Below are positions 17,446-25,695 of a DNA stretch of 64,000 nt, piece after piece. A model generated the notes under the pieces. The model ran no database searches and was not told the origin of the DNA. It worked only from the letters and a program-made list of their open reading frames with translations. A program made the translations under genes and the position numbers. Position 1 is the first letter of the stretch. Each line of letters opens with the position of its first letter. Source of the DNA: a virus (taxonomy: Duplodnaviria > Caudoviricetes); IMG/VR virus record IMGVR_UViG_2974533118_000001, positions 6,266 to 70,265 of that record; one strand, 5' to 3'.

Positions 17446-19383
17446 ATGGCCGTTTCAACAACACCCCGCTTTGGCGTAGAGACTTATAGCGCTGGAACTG
17501 ACCCGCACCCCGGGCGAACCAAGTTCAACGAGCGCATGCTGGCATTCGAGGCGCTGGCAGCTATCGCCACGCAAGGCACCACGGGCTCGCGCCCGTCTGC
17601 CGGTAAAGGCCGCGCGTTCTACTGGGACACGACCGTCGACAGGCTCTATTTCGACAACGGCACAGCCTGGAAGGAAGTCACCACCAACGGCGCTGGTGGC
17701 CCGGGCGCGGCGATTGTCCCGGGCGCTGCGGCGGTTGAGGGCACGTCGTCCCGTTCCGCTCGCGCTGACCACACCCACAGCTTGCCGTTGGCCACGGCTG
17801 CGGTGAACGGTGCCATGGCGGCTGCTGATAAGGCCAAGCTTGACGCTGCCAGCGCTGCCCCCACCCCCAACACTTTGGTGATGCTGGACGCCAACGGGCG
17901 CACTCAGGTGGCTGCCCCGTCCGCCGGCGGCGACACCACGAACAAGACGTATGTTGACGCCCAAGTTGCCACGAGGGCGACCACGGCCCACAGCCACGCG
18001 GCTGCGGACATTTCCAGCGGTGTCTTGGCTGCGGCTCGCTTGCCTGCTTCCACCTCCGCTGCCGCGGGTTCCATGTCCGCCGCTGACAAAGCCAAGTTGG
18101 ACGCAGCGTCGGCAGCGGCCACCCCATCAACGCTTGTCCTGTTGGACGGCAACGGACGCGCCGCCGTCGCCAACCCCAGTCTTGCCGGGGAAATCGCAAA
18201 CAAGGGATACGTTGACACCCAAGTTGCCACGAGGGCCACGACGGCGCACACGCACGCTTGGGCGGACATTACCAGCGGCGTGCCCACCACCTTTACCCCC
18301 GCCGCGCACGTCCATGCGGCTGCTGACGTATCAAGCGGCGTCTTTGCGGCTGCCCGTCTTCCCGCAGCGACCGGCGCGGCACAAGGGGCCATGAGCGCAG
18401 CGGACAAGACCAAGCTGGACGGCGCCACCTCACTGGCCACCCCGTCCACACTGGTGATGCTGGACGCTGCCGGACGTGCCGCCGTGGCTGCCCCATCGGG
18501 CGGCGGCGACATTGCAAACAAGACCTATGTGGACGGTCAGGTTGCCACCAAGGCCAACACCACCCACACCCACACATGGGGCCAAATCACGGGCGCGCCG
18601 GCGACCTATGCCCCGTCCGCGCACTCGCATGATTGGTTCGACCTCACGGGCGTGCCCACGGCGTCCCGCACCCAGTCCGGCGTCATGTCAGCTTCTGCTT
18701 ACGCGCTGCTCTACGACGCCACGGCGGCTTACGCAACGTCCAACATTGTCATGCGTGACGCAAACGGCAATATCGAAATCAACCGGCCGATTCAGGACAT
18801 TGACGGCGCTAACAAGCTCTACGTTGACGACCAGATGAACGCGGCCAAGGCCGGAAAGCTGGACGTGTCGGTGTTCACCGCCGCGATTTCCACCAGTGCC
18901 AGCGCTCGCGCGATCCGGTCCCCTAACCTGGGCTCCTACATGACGTTCTACGACAACGGCGTGGTTGAGTCCCCGGCGATCTACAACACCAACGCCGCGA
19001 GCGGTTCCGGCTTCCGTGCTGTCTGGGTCAACAACACTGGCGGTTTGGGCTATAACCTTTCGTCGGAAAAGTTCAAGACCAACATTCAGCCCTACGAGGT
19101 GCCGCTGGAAGTCTTGGACAAGATCGAACCTAAGCGGTTCCAGTACAAAGAGAACGTGGCCGAAATGGGCGAGGACGCCCCGTTCCGGGTCAACTTCATT
19201 GCGGAAGACCTCCACGACGCCGGCCTAACCGAATATGTCAGCTACGACGAAAACGGCACCGAGCGCGAGAACTGCCAAACGATCAACGAGTCGTTGATGG
19301 TCAACGCGCTGTGGAGCTTCGCACAGCAACAGCAAAGCCAGATCAAGGCCATGCAGAACCAACTCAACGAAATGGCCAAGTGA
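17446..19383 (+). CDS. Tail fibre with C-terminal intramolecular chaperone (peptidase S74)
   Basis: AADKAKLD / NKxYVD / HxH repeats; SSEKFKTNI...FQYK...FIAEDL is the S74 pattern. Confidence 0.85.
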   Translation: MAVSTTPRFGVETYSAGTDPHPGRTKFNERMLAFEALAAIATQGTTGSRPSAGKGRAFYWDTTVDRLYFDNGTAWKEVTTNGAGGPGAAIVPGAAAVEGTSSRSARADHTHSLPLATAAVNGAMAAADKAKLDAASAAPTPNTLVMLDANGRTQVAAPSAGGDTTNKTYVDAQVATRATTAHSHAAADISSGVLAAARLPASTSAAAGSMSAADKAKLDAASAAATPSTLVLLDGNGRAAVANPSLAGEIANKGYVDTQVATRATTAHTHAWADITSGVPTTFTPAAHVHAAADVSSGVFAAARLPAATGAAQGAMSAADKTKLDGATSLATPSTLVMLDAAGRAAVAAPSGGGDIANKTYVDGQVATKANTTHTHTWGQITGAPATYAPSAHSHDWFDLTGVPTASRTQSGVMSASAYALLYDATAAYATSNIVMRDANGNIEINRPIQDIDGANKLYVDDQMNAAKAGKLDVSVFTAAISTSASARAIRSPNLGSYMTFYDNGVVESPAIYNTNAASGSGFRAVWVNNTGGLGYNLSSEKFKTNIQPYEVPLEVLDKIEPKRFQYKENVAEMGEDAPFRVNFIAEDLHDAGLTEYVSYDENGTERENCQTINESLMVNALWSFAQQQQSQIKAMQNQLNEMAK

Positions 19384-19670
19384 TGTTTTCCGACATTCCC
19401 GCGTGGATCGGCACCGACCTAACCCCATGGGCAATCGTGGGGCTTGTGGTGGTGTCGATCCTCACGGGCCGGTTTCTGGTGCCGAAGATTTACTACAACG
19501 AAATCAAGGCCGAACGTGACCGTTGGCGGAACGTGGCTGAGTCCCTGACCGGCGATGTGAAAACCATTGCCGGGGCATTGCCCGGGGTGCTTGAGGTGGG
19601 CAAGTCCATGGATAAGGTCATGACCGCCGTGCGCGAGAAAGCCGACGCTGAAACGGGGGCAAGCGAGTGA
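19383..19670 (+). CDS. Membrane protein (lysis cassette)
   Basis: One N-terminal TM helix, then GRFLVP...RDRWR; TGATG overlap. Confidence 0.75.
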   Translation: MFSDIPAWIGTDLTPWAIVGLVVVSILTGRFLVPKIYYNEIKAERDRWRNVAESLTGDVKTIAGALPGVLEVGKSMDKVMTAVREKADAETGASE

Positions 19671-19885
19671 ATGCACTGGGCAGGTTGCTGGGGTGGCACA
19701 AGTACATTGTCAGCGCCGAGGAAAAGGACGCTTCGACGGCGGCACTCGTGGAAGCGGAACAGGTCAAACAAGCCGTGCAAGCACTCCACACAGAATCAAC
19801 CACGGTGGGCGACCGGCAGCGCCGCATTCGTGAAGAAAACAACTGGACACGATCACTTGAGCATGTTTTTAGGGGAGCCCAATGA
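19667..19885 (+). CDS. Hypothetical protein (lysis cassette)
   Basis: Coupled by 4-nt overlaps on both sides. Confidence 0.7.
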   Translation: MNALGRLLGWHKYIVSAEEKDASTAALVEAEQVKQAVQALHTESTTVGDRQRRIREENNWTRSLEHVFRGAQ

Positions 19886-20286
19886 AAAAAGAAATCGGCA
19901 TCGGGCTGGGTGTGATGCTGCTGGCAGCTACCGCGTTCCTTTGGTCCGAACATTCGTCCTTTACCGTCATTCTGCTGGTCATTCTGGTTGGCTCGCTGGC
20001 GGTCTTGACGATCTACTACATGCGCCGTAGCCACTGGCGCCGCTACCCGTCCGGGCGGGTATTTATGTACCTCATTTGGGCGTTTGATGCCCTGATTGTC
20101 TACTGGCTTTTTTCCCGGCTCATTGAGTCCAGGGACTTGAGGATTGGCATTTTCAACGTCCTTATTGCTGGCCTTGTGGCGGCAATTTGGTTGATCACTG
20201 GCACGTTTTGGAAGTCTCAGCGGCGTGCCCGTGCTGAAAGGCTGCGCAACGCAGCACTCACAAAGAAAGAGGAAACCCAGCCATGA
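19882..20286 (+). CDS. Holin-like membrane protein
   Basis: About 4 hydrophobic segments and a basic C-terminus. Confidence 0.7.
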   Translation: MKKEIGIGLGVMLLAATAFLWSEHSSFTVILLVILVGSLAVLTIYYMRRSHWRRYPSGRVFMYLIWAFDALIVYWLFSRLIESRDLRIGIFNVLIAGLVAAIWLITGTFWKSQRRARAERLRNAALTKKEETQP

Positions 20287-21938
20287 CCACTGCATCACAG
20301 GAACGGTTCCTTTCCGGCGCCGCTGGCAACTACTACGACCCGGACGGCGTTTATGCGTTTCAGTGCGTAGACACGGCCATTGCTTACGCCATGGCGTGCT
20401 ACCCGGAAGTGAACTGGGAAACCACGTTTGGCCGAGGCAACGCCCGGGACCATTACCCCAAGTCCAACGCCTACTTTGATTCCATCCCCAACGTGGTGGG
20501 CGACCTCAACAGCTTCCCGCAGCGCGGTGACATTGTGGTGTGGGGCGGGGACAACTTCAACCCCTACGGCCACATTGCCGTGGTGCTGTGGGCTGACGGT
20601 TATAGCATGCGTGTGCTGCAACAGAACGCTGACGGTTCGGCCCGTCTGCCTACGCAGATAGCAACGGTGGGCTACGTCATTCCGGGTGCTGGCGGCGTCG
20701 TGGGCTGGCTGCGTCCCAAGGTGTCCGGCACGGCCCCGACTCCCGCGCCGGCCCCGGTAGCTGGACGACTCAACGGCATTGACGTTTCCATGCACCAAGG
20801 CACCGCGTTGAGCTTCGCCGCAACAGGTGCGCAGTTCGTGGGCATCAAGGCCACCGAGGGCGCGGGATACACGGATCCGCAGTACGTCGCCAACGTGGCC
20901 AAGGCGCGCCGTGAGGGCTTGCCCATCATCCACTACCACTTCGCCCGTCCGTTCGCTCAAGACGGCAACACCGCCACGGCTGAGGCTGACTGGTTCCTTT
21001 CCGTGGTGCGCCCCCAGCTTGGGCCGGACGACATACTGGCCTTGGACTTCGAGGCTGAGAACACCCACCGCACCGATTGGGCCAATGACTTCCTGGACCT
21101 CGTGCACGCCAACACGGAAAAGCGCCCGTGGCTGTACGCCAACCAGTCCGTGGCCAACCAAGCCGGCTGGGATGCCGTCAAGGCCAAGTATCCGCTGTGG
21201 TGCGCCCGTTACCCGTCGCCTGTCATTCAGTCGTGGTCCCCGCTCAACGCGGCACCGTCCGTTCCGGGCTGGAACCTTGTCATGTGGCAATACAGCCAAA
21301 GCGGACGGCTGTCCGGTTACGGCGGCGACCTGGACCTGAATGTCTTCTACGGCGACATGGGCGCATGGCAGACCCTTGCCGCGGGTGGCAACTGGATAGC
21401 TCCGGTTGTTCCTCCTGTTGTGGCGCCCCCGGTGGCTGGCAGCGCGTCACAGTGCATTGTTGAGCCGGGGGACACCCTCAGCGCAATCGCTGCACAGTTC
21501 GGCGTTGACCTTGGCGCACTGATCAAGGCCAACCCGGGAATCAACCCGGAACTGATCTACCCGGGCCAAGTGCTGAACCTTCCCGGTGGTGGTCCGCTGA
21601 CCAACCCCGGCGCCGTGTCTCAGTGCATTGTTGACGCTGGCGACTCGCTGGCCGGTATCGCCGCGCAATTCGGTGTTGACCTTGGGGCTTTGATCAGCCT
21701 CAACGGCATCACTAACCCTGACCTGATTTTCCCGGGTCAGTTGCTCAACCTCCCGGCCAAGGTAGCTGCCCCGGCAGCCCCCGCGCCGGCTGCGGTTCGA
21801 CAGGTGATAGTTGACCCGGGCGACACCTTGGGCGGCATTGCCACCCAATTTGGTGTGGACGCTGGGGCGCTGGCGCGTGTCAACGGCATCACGAACCCGG
21901 ACTATATCCAAGCCGGTCAAGTTCTCAACCTCCCGTAA
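20283..21938 (+). CDS. Endolysin: CHAP + GH25 muramidase + 3 LysM
   Basis: FQCVD...YGHIA (CHAP); GIDVSMHQG...KATEG...LDFE...WQYS...DLNVF (GH25); three V(E/D)xGD(T/S)LxxIA...NP..I.PGQ repeats. Confidence 0.95.
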   Translation: MTTASQERFLSGAAGNYYDPDGVYAFQCVDTAIAYAMACYPEVNWETTFGRGNARDHYPKSNAYFDSIPNVVGDLNSFPQRGDIVVWGGDNFNPYGHIAVVLWADGYSMRVLQQNADGSARLPTQIATVGYVIPGAGGVVGWLRPKVSGTAPTPAPAPVAGRLNGIDVSMHQGTALSFAATGAQFVGIKATEGAGYTDPQYVANVAKARREGLPIIHYHFARPFAQDGNTATAEADWFLSVVRPQLGPDDILALDFEAENTHRTDWANDFLDLVHANTEKRPWLYANQSVANQAGWDAVKAKYPLWCARYPSPVIQSWSPLNAAPSVPGWNLVMWQYSQSGRLSGYGGDLDLNVFYGDMGAWQTLAAGGNWIAPVVPPVVAPPVAGSASQCIVEPGDTLSAIAAQFGVDLGALIKANPGINPELIYPGQVLNLPGGGPLTNPGAVSQCIVDAGDSLAGIAAQFGVDLGALISLNGITNPDLIFPGQLLNLPAKVAAPAAPAPAAVRQVIVDPGDTLGGIATQFGVDAGALARVNGITNPDYIQAGQVLNLP

Positions 21939-21952
21939 GGAATAAATAAATC

Positions 21953-22423
21953 ATGATTGTTTTCGACATTCCCCAGTGGCAGTTCTTTGTCCAGTTGTTC
22001 GGTGGCACCGTCATGACGCTGCTGGTGGGTCTTGTGACCACTCGCGTGACGGCTTCCAGCACTCGCGCCCTCCTGTTGGCGGCGCTGTCGGTGCTGAGCT
22101 CCATAGTCACCGAGCTTGTGGCGGCGCTACAGACCAACACGCCCTATAACTTGGGCACCGCGCTGGCGTTCGGCCTCTTGACGTTCCTGGTAGCTGTTGG
22201 CACCCACTACGGCCTCTTGAAACACACCAGCCTTGAGACCGCCGCGCAGTCCGTTCTGATCAAAGCCTCTGCCCGTGAGGTTGAAGCCGCCGAGCAAGAC
22301 AAAGCCCGTGAGTTGCTGGCAAAAGCTGGCGTGGCCACCATTGCAACAGACCCCGCAGAAGGTGCCGACGTTTTGCGGGTGGCGGACGCCCGATATGTGC
22401 CCCGTCATAGCTCGCGTGAGTAG
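21953..22423 (+). CDS. Holin
   Basis: 3 TM segments, directly after the endolysin. Confidence 0.8.
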   Translation: MIVFDIPQWQFFVQLFGGTVMTLLVGLVTTRVTASSTRALLLAALSVLSSIVTELVAALQTNTPYNLGTALAFGLLTFLVAVGTHYGLLKHTSLETAAQSVLIKASAREVEAAEQDKARELLAKAGVATIATDPAEGADVLRVADARYVPRHSSRE

Positions 22424-22432
22424 CTGAAACGC

Positions 22433-22466
22433 AAGAAAGCCCCCACCAAACGGTGGGGGCTTTCTT
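22433..22466. terminator. Bidirectional intrinsic terminator
   Basis: AAGAAAGCCCCCACC-AAAC-GGTGGGGGCTTTCTT between convergent genes. Confidence 0.9.
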
Positions 22467-22477
22467 TGTGTCCGGGG

Positions 22478-22696
22478 TTAGATGCTGACGTACTTTTGCA
22501 CCGTGTCCAGCAAGTGCATGTAGTCGCTGCTGAGGGCGTCGTCAAAGAATGTTTTGGCTTCCTCCCGGTGTCCCGCTTTCTCAAGGGCTTTGCGGACGCG
22601 TGAGGCGATCATGAAGCCGTTACCGTCGTGACCTTCGAGCGGGACCACGACGTCGGGGAACTTGGGCTGGCCCTCAATTTCGGCGGCGTTAGGCAT
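22478..22696 (-). CDS. Conserved phage hypothetical protein
   Basis: GAAAGGA RBS; LEGHDGNGFMIASRVRKAL...SSDYMHLL pattern. Confidence 0.8.
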   Translation of the reverse strand: MPNAAEIEGQPKFPDVVVPLEGHDGNGFMIASRVRKALEKAGHREEAKTFFDDALSSDYMHLLDTVQKYVSI

Positions 22697-22850
22697 GTTC
22701 TTTGGTGTTCCTTTCGAGTACGGCACCACCGATTTGATAAGTGCCAAAGTTGAAGCGTTGGGCCTTGCGCTGACAGTAGAAACAGCGGTTCAGCGTGCCT
22801 TGGGTGGTCACTATGAAGTAGTGGCCGTGGGTGCTGCAGTGGCTGGTCAT
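22689..22850 (-). CDS. 53-aa Cys/His microprotein (absent from the ORF track)
   Basis: MTSHCSTHGHYFIVTTQGTLNRCFYCQRK...; overlaps both neighbours in a coupled way. Confidence 0.55.
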   Translation of the reverse strand: MTSHCSTHGHYFIVTTQGTLNRCFYCQRKAQRFNFGTYQIGGAVLERNTKEHA

Positions 22851-22942
22851 GGGCGGGGGCCACGATCATGGCGGATACATGAGGGGATGCTGATAAGCAG
22901 AGCTACAGCGACGGGGATTAGGACGATAACGAGAGCGTGCAC
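22847..22942 (-). CDS. 31-aa single-TM peptide (absent from the ORF track)
   Basis: GGAGG RBS, then GTG; HALVIVLIPVAVALLISIPSC; ATGA overlap with the next gene. Confidence 0.55.
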   Translation of the reverse strand: MHALVIVLIPVAVALLISIPSCIRHDRGPRP

Positions 22943-22944
22943 GG

Positions 22945-23256
22945 TTAGACCTCCACAGCCCAAGTGCTGCGGTCATTGGACTGGACTTGCCACGTTGGGT
23001 TGCCGTCGCCGTCGCTGCCGCACCAACTGGCCGGGAAACCAGCCTCTTTGGCTTCCTCAAGGTTCAGAACGGTGCCCACGGTCCAGAACACCAACGGCGG
23101 GTGGCCCTCACGCTTGAGGTCTTCCTCTTGGCCGTAGGCGCGTGCACTCTTGACCTCATTCACACGGACCCGCAGCTGCCAAGTGTGCACAATGTCGCCG
23201 GTTTTCAGTTCGGATGCTTTGCGGGGTTCGGTCTTGTATTCAGCCATGGTGGTCAT
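22945..23256 (-). CDS. Hypothetical protein
   Basis: AAGGA RBS; SH3-like start (KASELKTGDIV). Confidence 0.75.
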   Translation of the reverse strand: MTTMAEYKTEPRKASELKTGDIVHTWQLRVRVNEVKSARAYGQEEDLKREGHPPLVFWTVGTVLNLEEAKEAGFPASWCGSDGDGNPTWQVQSNDRSTWAVEV

Positions 23257-23288
23257 GTCCGTGGTCCTTAGTGTTGTGGCGGGGCTGG

Positions 23289-23843
23289 TTAGTTGCTGGT
23301 GTCTGCTACCAGCGGGACAAGGGCCGAGAGGGGCACCGAGTCAATCTGAATGGGGTTGAGGGCGTGGGGTGCGCCGTTGGCGTGGGTGAGAGTGGCGCGG
23401 CCACGGCTGGGGCGGACGTGGGAAACGGTCCATTCGTAGCCGGGGTGGTGGCCTTTGGTGAGGGCCGTAACCATGATCACCTTGTCGCCTTCGCTGAACT
23501 CAACGCCCTTGTGGGCGAGGTAAGCAATGGCCGTGGCCCGGGCAATGTCTTGCGCCGTGGTGGTGGCCTTCCGGGCGTCGCTGGTGTTCTTCCAGCCAAA
23601 GTCCATGTCCTCAAACCACACGGCGTCTGAGGCTTCCTCAGCGTCGCCGTTTTCGTCCACGGTGTAGAAACCATAGCTGAGTTCGTCCGTGTCGAAACCT
23701 TCACCGATGATGCCGGGGCCGACCTGAACCGCGCCGCCGTCAATGATCAAGGTAGCGCAGCCGCCCCCGGTGTCTTCAACGTGGGCGGTGATGCCCTCAG
23801 CGGCGAAAGCTTCGATCAGTTCGGTAAAGGTAATGGCGGTCAT
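23289..23843 (-). CDS. Acidic early hypothetical protein
   Basis: GAGGA RBS; EDTGGGC motif; first gene after an early promoter. Confidence 0.8.
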   Translation of the reverse strand: MTAITFTELIEAFAAEGITAHVEDTGGGCATLIIDGGAVQVGPGIIGEGFDTDELSYGFYTVDENGDAEEASDAVWFEDMDFGWKNTSDARKATTTAQDIARATAIAYLAHKGVEFSEGDKVIMVTALTKGHHPGYEWTVSHVRPSRGRATLTHANGAPHALNPIQIDSVPLSALVPLVADTSN

Positions 23844-23881
23844 GGTGTCCTCTTTCGTTGTGGCGGGTTGCTACAAGAAAG

Positions 23882-23911
23882 AATGTAGCACGGCACTACA
23901 GAACTACGCAA
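23882..23911 (-). promoter_or_regulatory. Early SigA-type promoter with palindrome
   Basis: TTGCGT-N18-TACATT containing TGTAG-N7-CTACA. Confidence 0.75.
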
Positions 23912-24122
23912 CCCGCTTGAATCCACCGGGCTTGCCGTGTCGCTGGACATGATCAATGAACGGCTGAATGGTGGCTGGCTTCCACCCCGGGGAATGGCTG
24001 GTAATGAAATCGGGCGTGGGCATGTTGTCGCGCATTTGCCATGCGCGCACGGTCTTGACCTCCACCTTGAGCGTGGCGGCAATTTCGGCGTAACCGATCA
24101 AGCGAACAGGTTTCTTAGGCAT
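23904..24122 (-). CDS. HTH DNA-binding protein (AlpA/excisionase-like)
   Basis: GGGAGGA RBS; LIGYAEIAATLKVEVKTVRAW...MPTPD...PGW. Confidence 0.8.
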   Translation of the reverse strand: MPKKPVRLIGYAEIAATLKVEVKTVRAWQMRDNMPTPDFITSHSPGWKPATIQPFIDHVQRHGKPGGFKRVA

Positions 24123-24155
24123 CGGGGGTTCCTCCCGGGTAGTTGTGGTCAATTG

Positions 24156-24185
24156 AGTGTAGCGGGGCGCTACGTGAGGCCGCAA
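24156..24185 (-). promoter_or_regulatory. Early SigA-type promoter with palindrome
   Basis: TTGCGG-N18-TACACT containing CGTAG-N7-CTACA. Confidence 0.7.
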
Positions 24186-24192
24186 CGCACCC

Positions 24193-24233
24193 CCGTCCCC
24201 CAGCCCCGGGCCGGTAGCTGTCACCATGGGGCC
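24193..24233 (+). promoter_or_regulatory. Late-class promoter, copy 6 (leaderless)
   Basis: CCGTCCCCCA-N20-ACCAT-N6-ATG(24234). Confidence 0.75.
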
Positions 24234-24572
24234 ATGGCTACTGGCGTACTTTCTTTCCCGTTCCAGCTTCAAGCGGACGGCACGGCGGCAACAGCCGGCT
24301 ATGGCACGGACCAGGAAACTGAGGATGCCATTGCCGTGCTTGTCCTAACCCATATCGGGGAACGGCAGATGCAGCCCATGTTCGGCGTGCCCGATCCCGC
24401 GTTCTCCGGTCTGGGGGCTGGGGACATTCAAGTGGGGCTTGATCAGTACGGACCAGCCGGCATAACCGTGCAATCAGTGACCACCGAGCCGGTGGAAGGC
24501 AACGACCAAGTGGTGCGCGCCAAAGTGGCGTGGACACGAACCAGCGACGGAACAGGAAATAACAATGGCTGA
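24234..24572 (+). CDS. Baseplate wedge protein (gp25/gpW-like)
   Basis: LSFPF...LTHIGERQMQPMFGVPDP pattern, upstream of baseplate J. Confidence 0.8.
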   Translation: MATGVLSFPFQLQADGTAATAGYGTDQETEDAIAVLVLTHIGERQMQPMFGVPDPAFSGLGAGDIQVGLDQYGPAGITVQSVTTEPVEGNDQVVRAKVAWTRTSDGTGNNNG

Positions 24573-25686
24573 CGTACCCGAATATGAGGCGTTGAACCTT
24601 CTCAACTACGGCACCGAACCGGACCTTGTGGCGGCGGCGACGGCCTACGCCATGGCTGCGCTGCCCGAATGGCAGCCCCGGGCCGGTAACACTGAAATGG
24701 TGTTGATGGAGTCCCTAGCGGTGATGCTGGGGCCGGAAATCCTGGCTATCCAAATGCTGCCCGGGCAGATCGTGGAACAGTTGATGAAGCTCTACGGCGT
24801 GGCCCGTAACCCGGGCGCGCCTGTCATTGGCCGGGTTCAGTTCACGGTTACCAACAGTTCCCCCACGCAGACCATCCCGGCTGGCACCCGGCTGCGGCTG
24901 CCCATTGCCGGTACGGGCGAAACGGTGGATTTCTTCACTAAAGATGAGCTCAACATCATCACGTCTGAGAGCTACACCGGACAGGTGGACATTTACGCTG
25001 AATACCTTGGGACGGTGGGCAACGCTACCCCGGCCGGCACGACCTTGGACGTGGTGGACATTCTTTCCTTTGTTGAGAGCGTCGTCACCGTGGGCGTGCT
25101 GTCCGGTGGGCTTGGCCTTGAGGCTGACCAAGAGTTCCAGGGTCGTGCCTCCGCGACGCTCGCGCGTCTGACTTCCACCCTCGTGCTGCCGGAATCGTTC
25201 CAGTTCGCTGCGGCGTCCCGGCCCGAGGTTGGCCGCGCCAAGGTCTTTGACCTCTACAACCCGGCCCAACCGCTGGTGAACCCCGCCGTGGGCTTTGTGA
25301 CCGTGGCAGTGGCGGACGCCAACGGCGCTGCGCTGCCGGGGTCTGTCACGTCGGAAATTGCAAGCTGGCTGGCCGGTCAGGCGCTCGCGTCGCTCAAGGT
25401 CAGCGTCATTGACCCGACGTTCACCACGGTAAACGTCACTGTGAGCGTCAAGGCGTCGCCCGGGTTCACGGTGTCGCAAGTGCAAGCGAACGTGACGGCT
25501 GCCCTGTCTGCGTGGCTGAACGCCAAGACGTGGGACTGGAACCCTGTTGTGGGCCAATACGCGATTGTGGCCAAGGTGGCGGCGGCTGCCGGGGTTGCCG
25601 AGGTGACCAGCGCCCCGGCCAACATTGCCCTTGCTGGCAAGGCACCGTTGCCAACGCTGGGCACCGTCACTGTGAACGTAGTCTAA
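24565..25686 (+). CDS. Baseplate J-like protein
   Basis: IPAGTR...GTVGN...SGGLGLEADQEFQGR...GFVTVAV pattern. Confidence 0.9.
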   Translation: MADVPEYEALNLLNYGTEPDLVAAATAYAMAALPEWQPRAGNTEMVLMESLAVMLGPEILAIQMLPGQIVEQLMKLYGVARNPGAPVIGRVQFTVTNSSPTQTIPAGTRLRLPIAGTGETVDFFTKDELNIITSESYTGQVDIYAEYLGTVGNATPAGTTLDVVDILSFVESVVTVGVLSGGLGLEADQEFQGRASATLARLTSTLVLPESFQFAAASRPEVGRAKVFDLYNPAQPLVNPAVGFVTVAVADANGAALPGSVTSEIASWLAGQALASLKVSVIDPTFTTVNVTVSVKASPGFTVSQVQANVTAALSAWLNAKTWDWNPVVGQYAIVAKVAAAAGVAEVTSAPANIALAGKAPLPTLGTVTVNVV

Positions 25687-25695
25687 GGGGCTGAC

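Noticed and set aside
15800-18700. Repeated segments in the two fibre genes as DGR template/variable repeats
   Set aside because: Differences are not adenine-specific and there is no reverse transcriptase; these are ordinary fibre modules
23904-24122. Lysogeny module (excisionase-like gene)
   Set aside because: No integrase, att-like site or CI-type repressor in the window; treated as a transcriptional regulator
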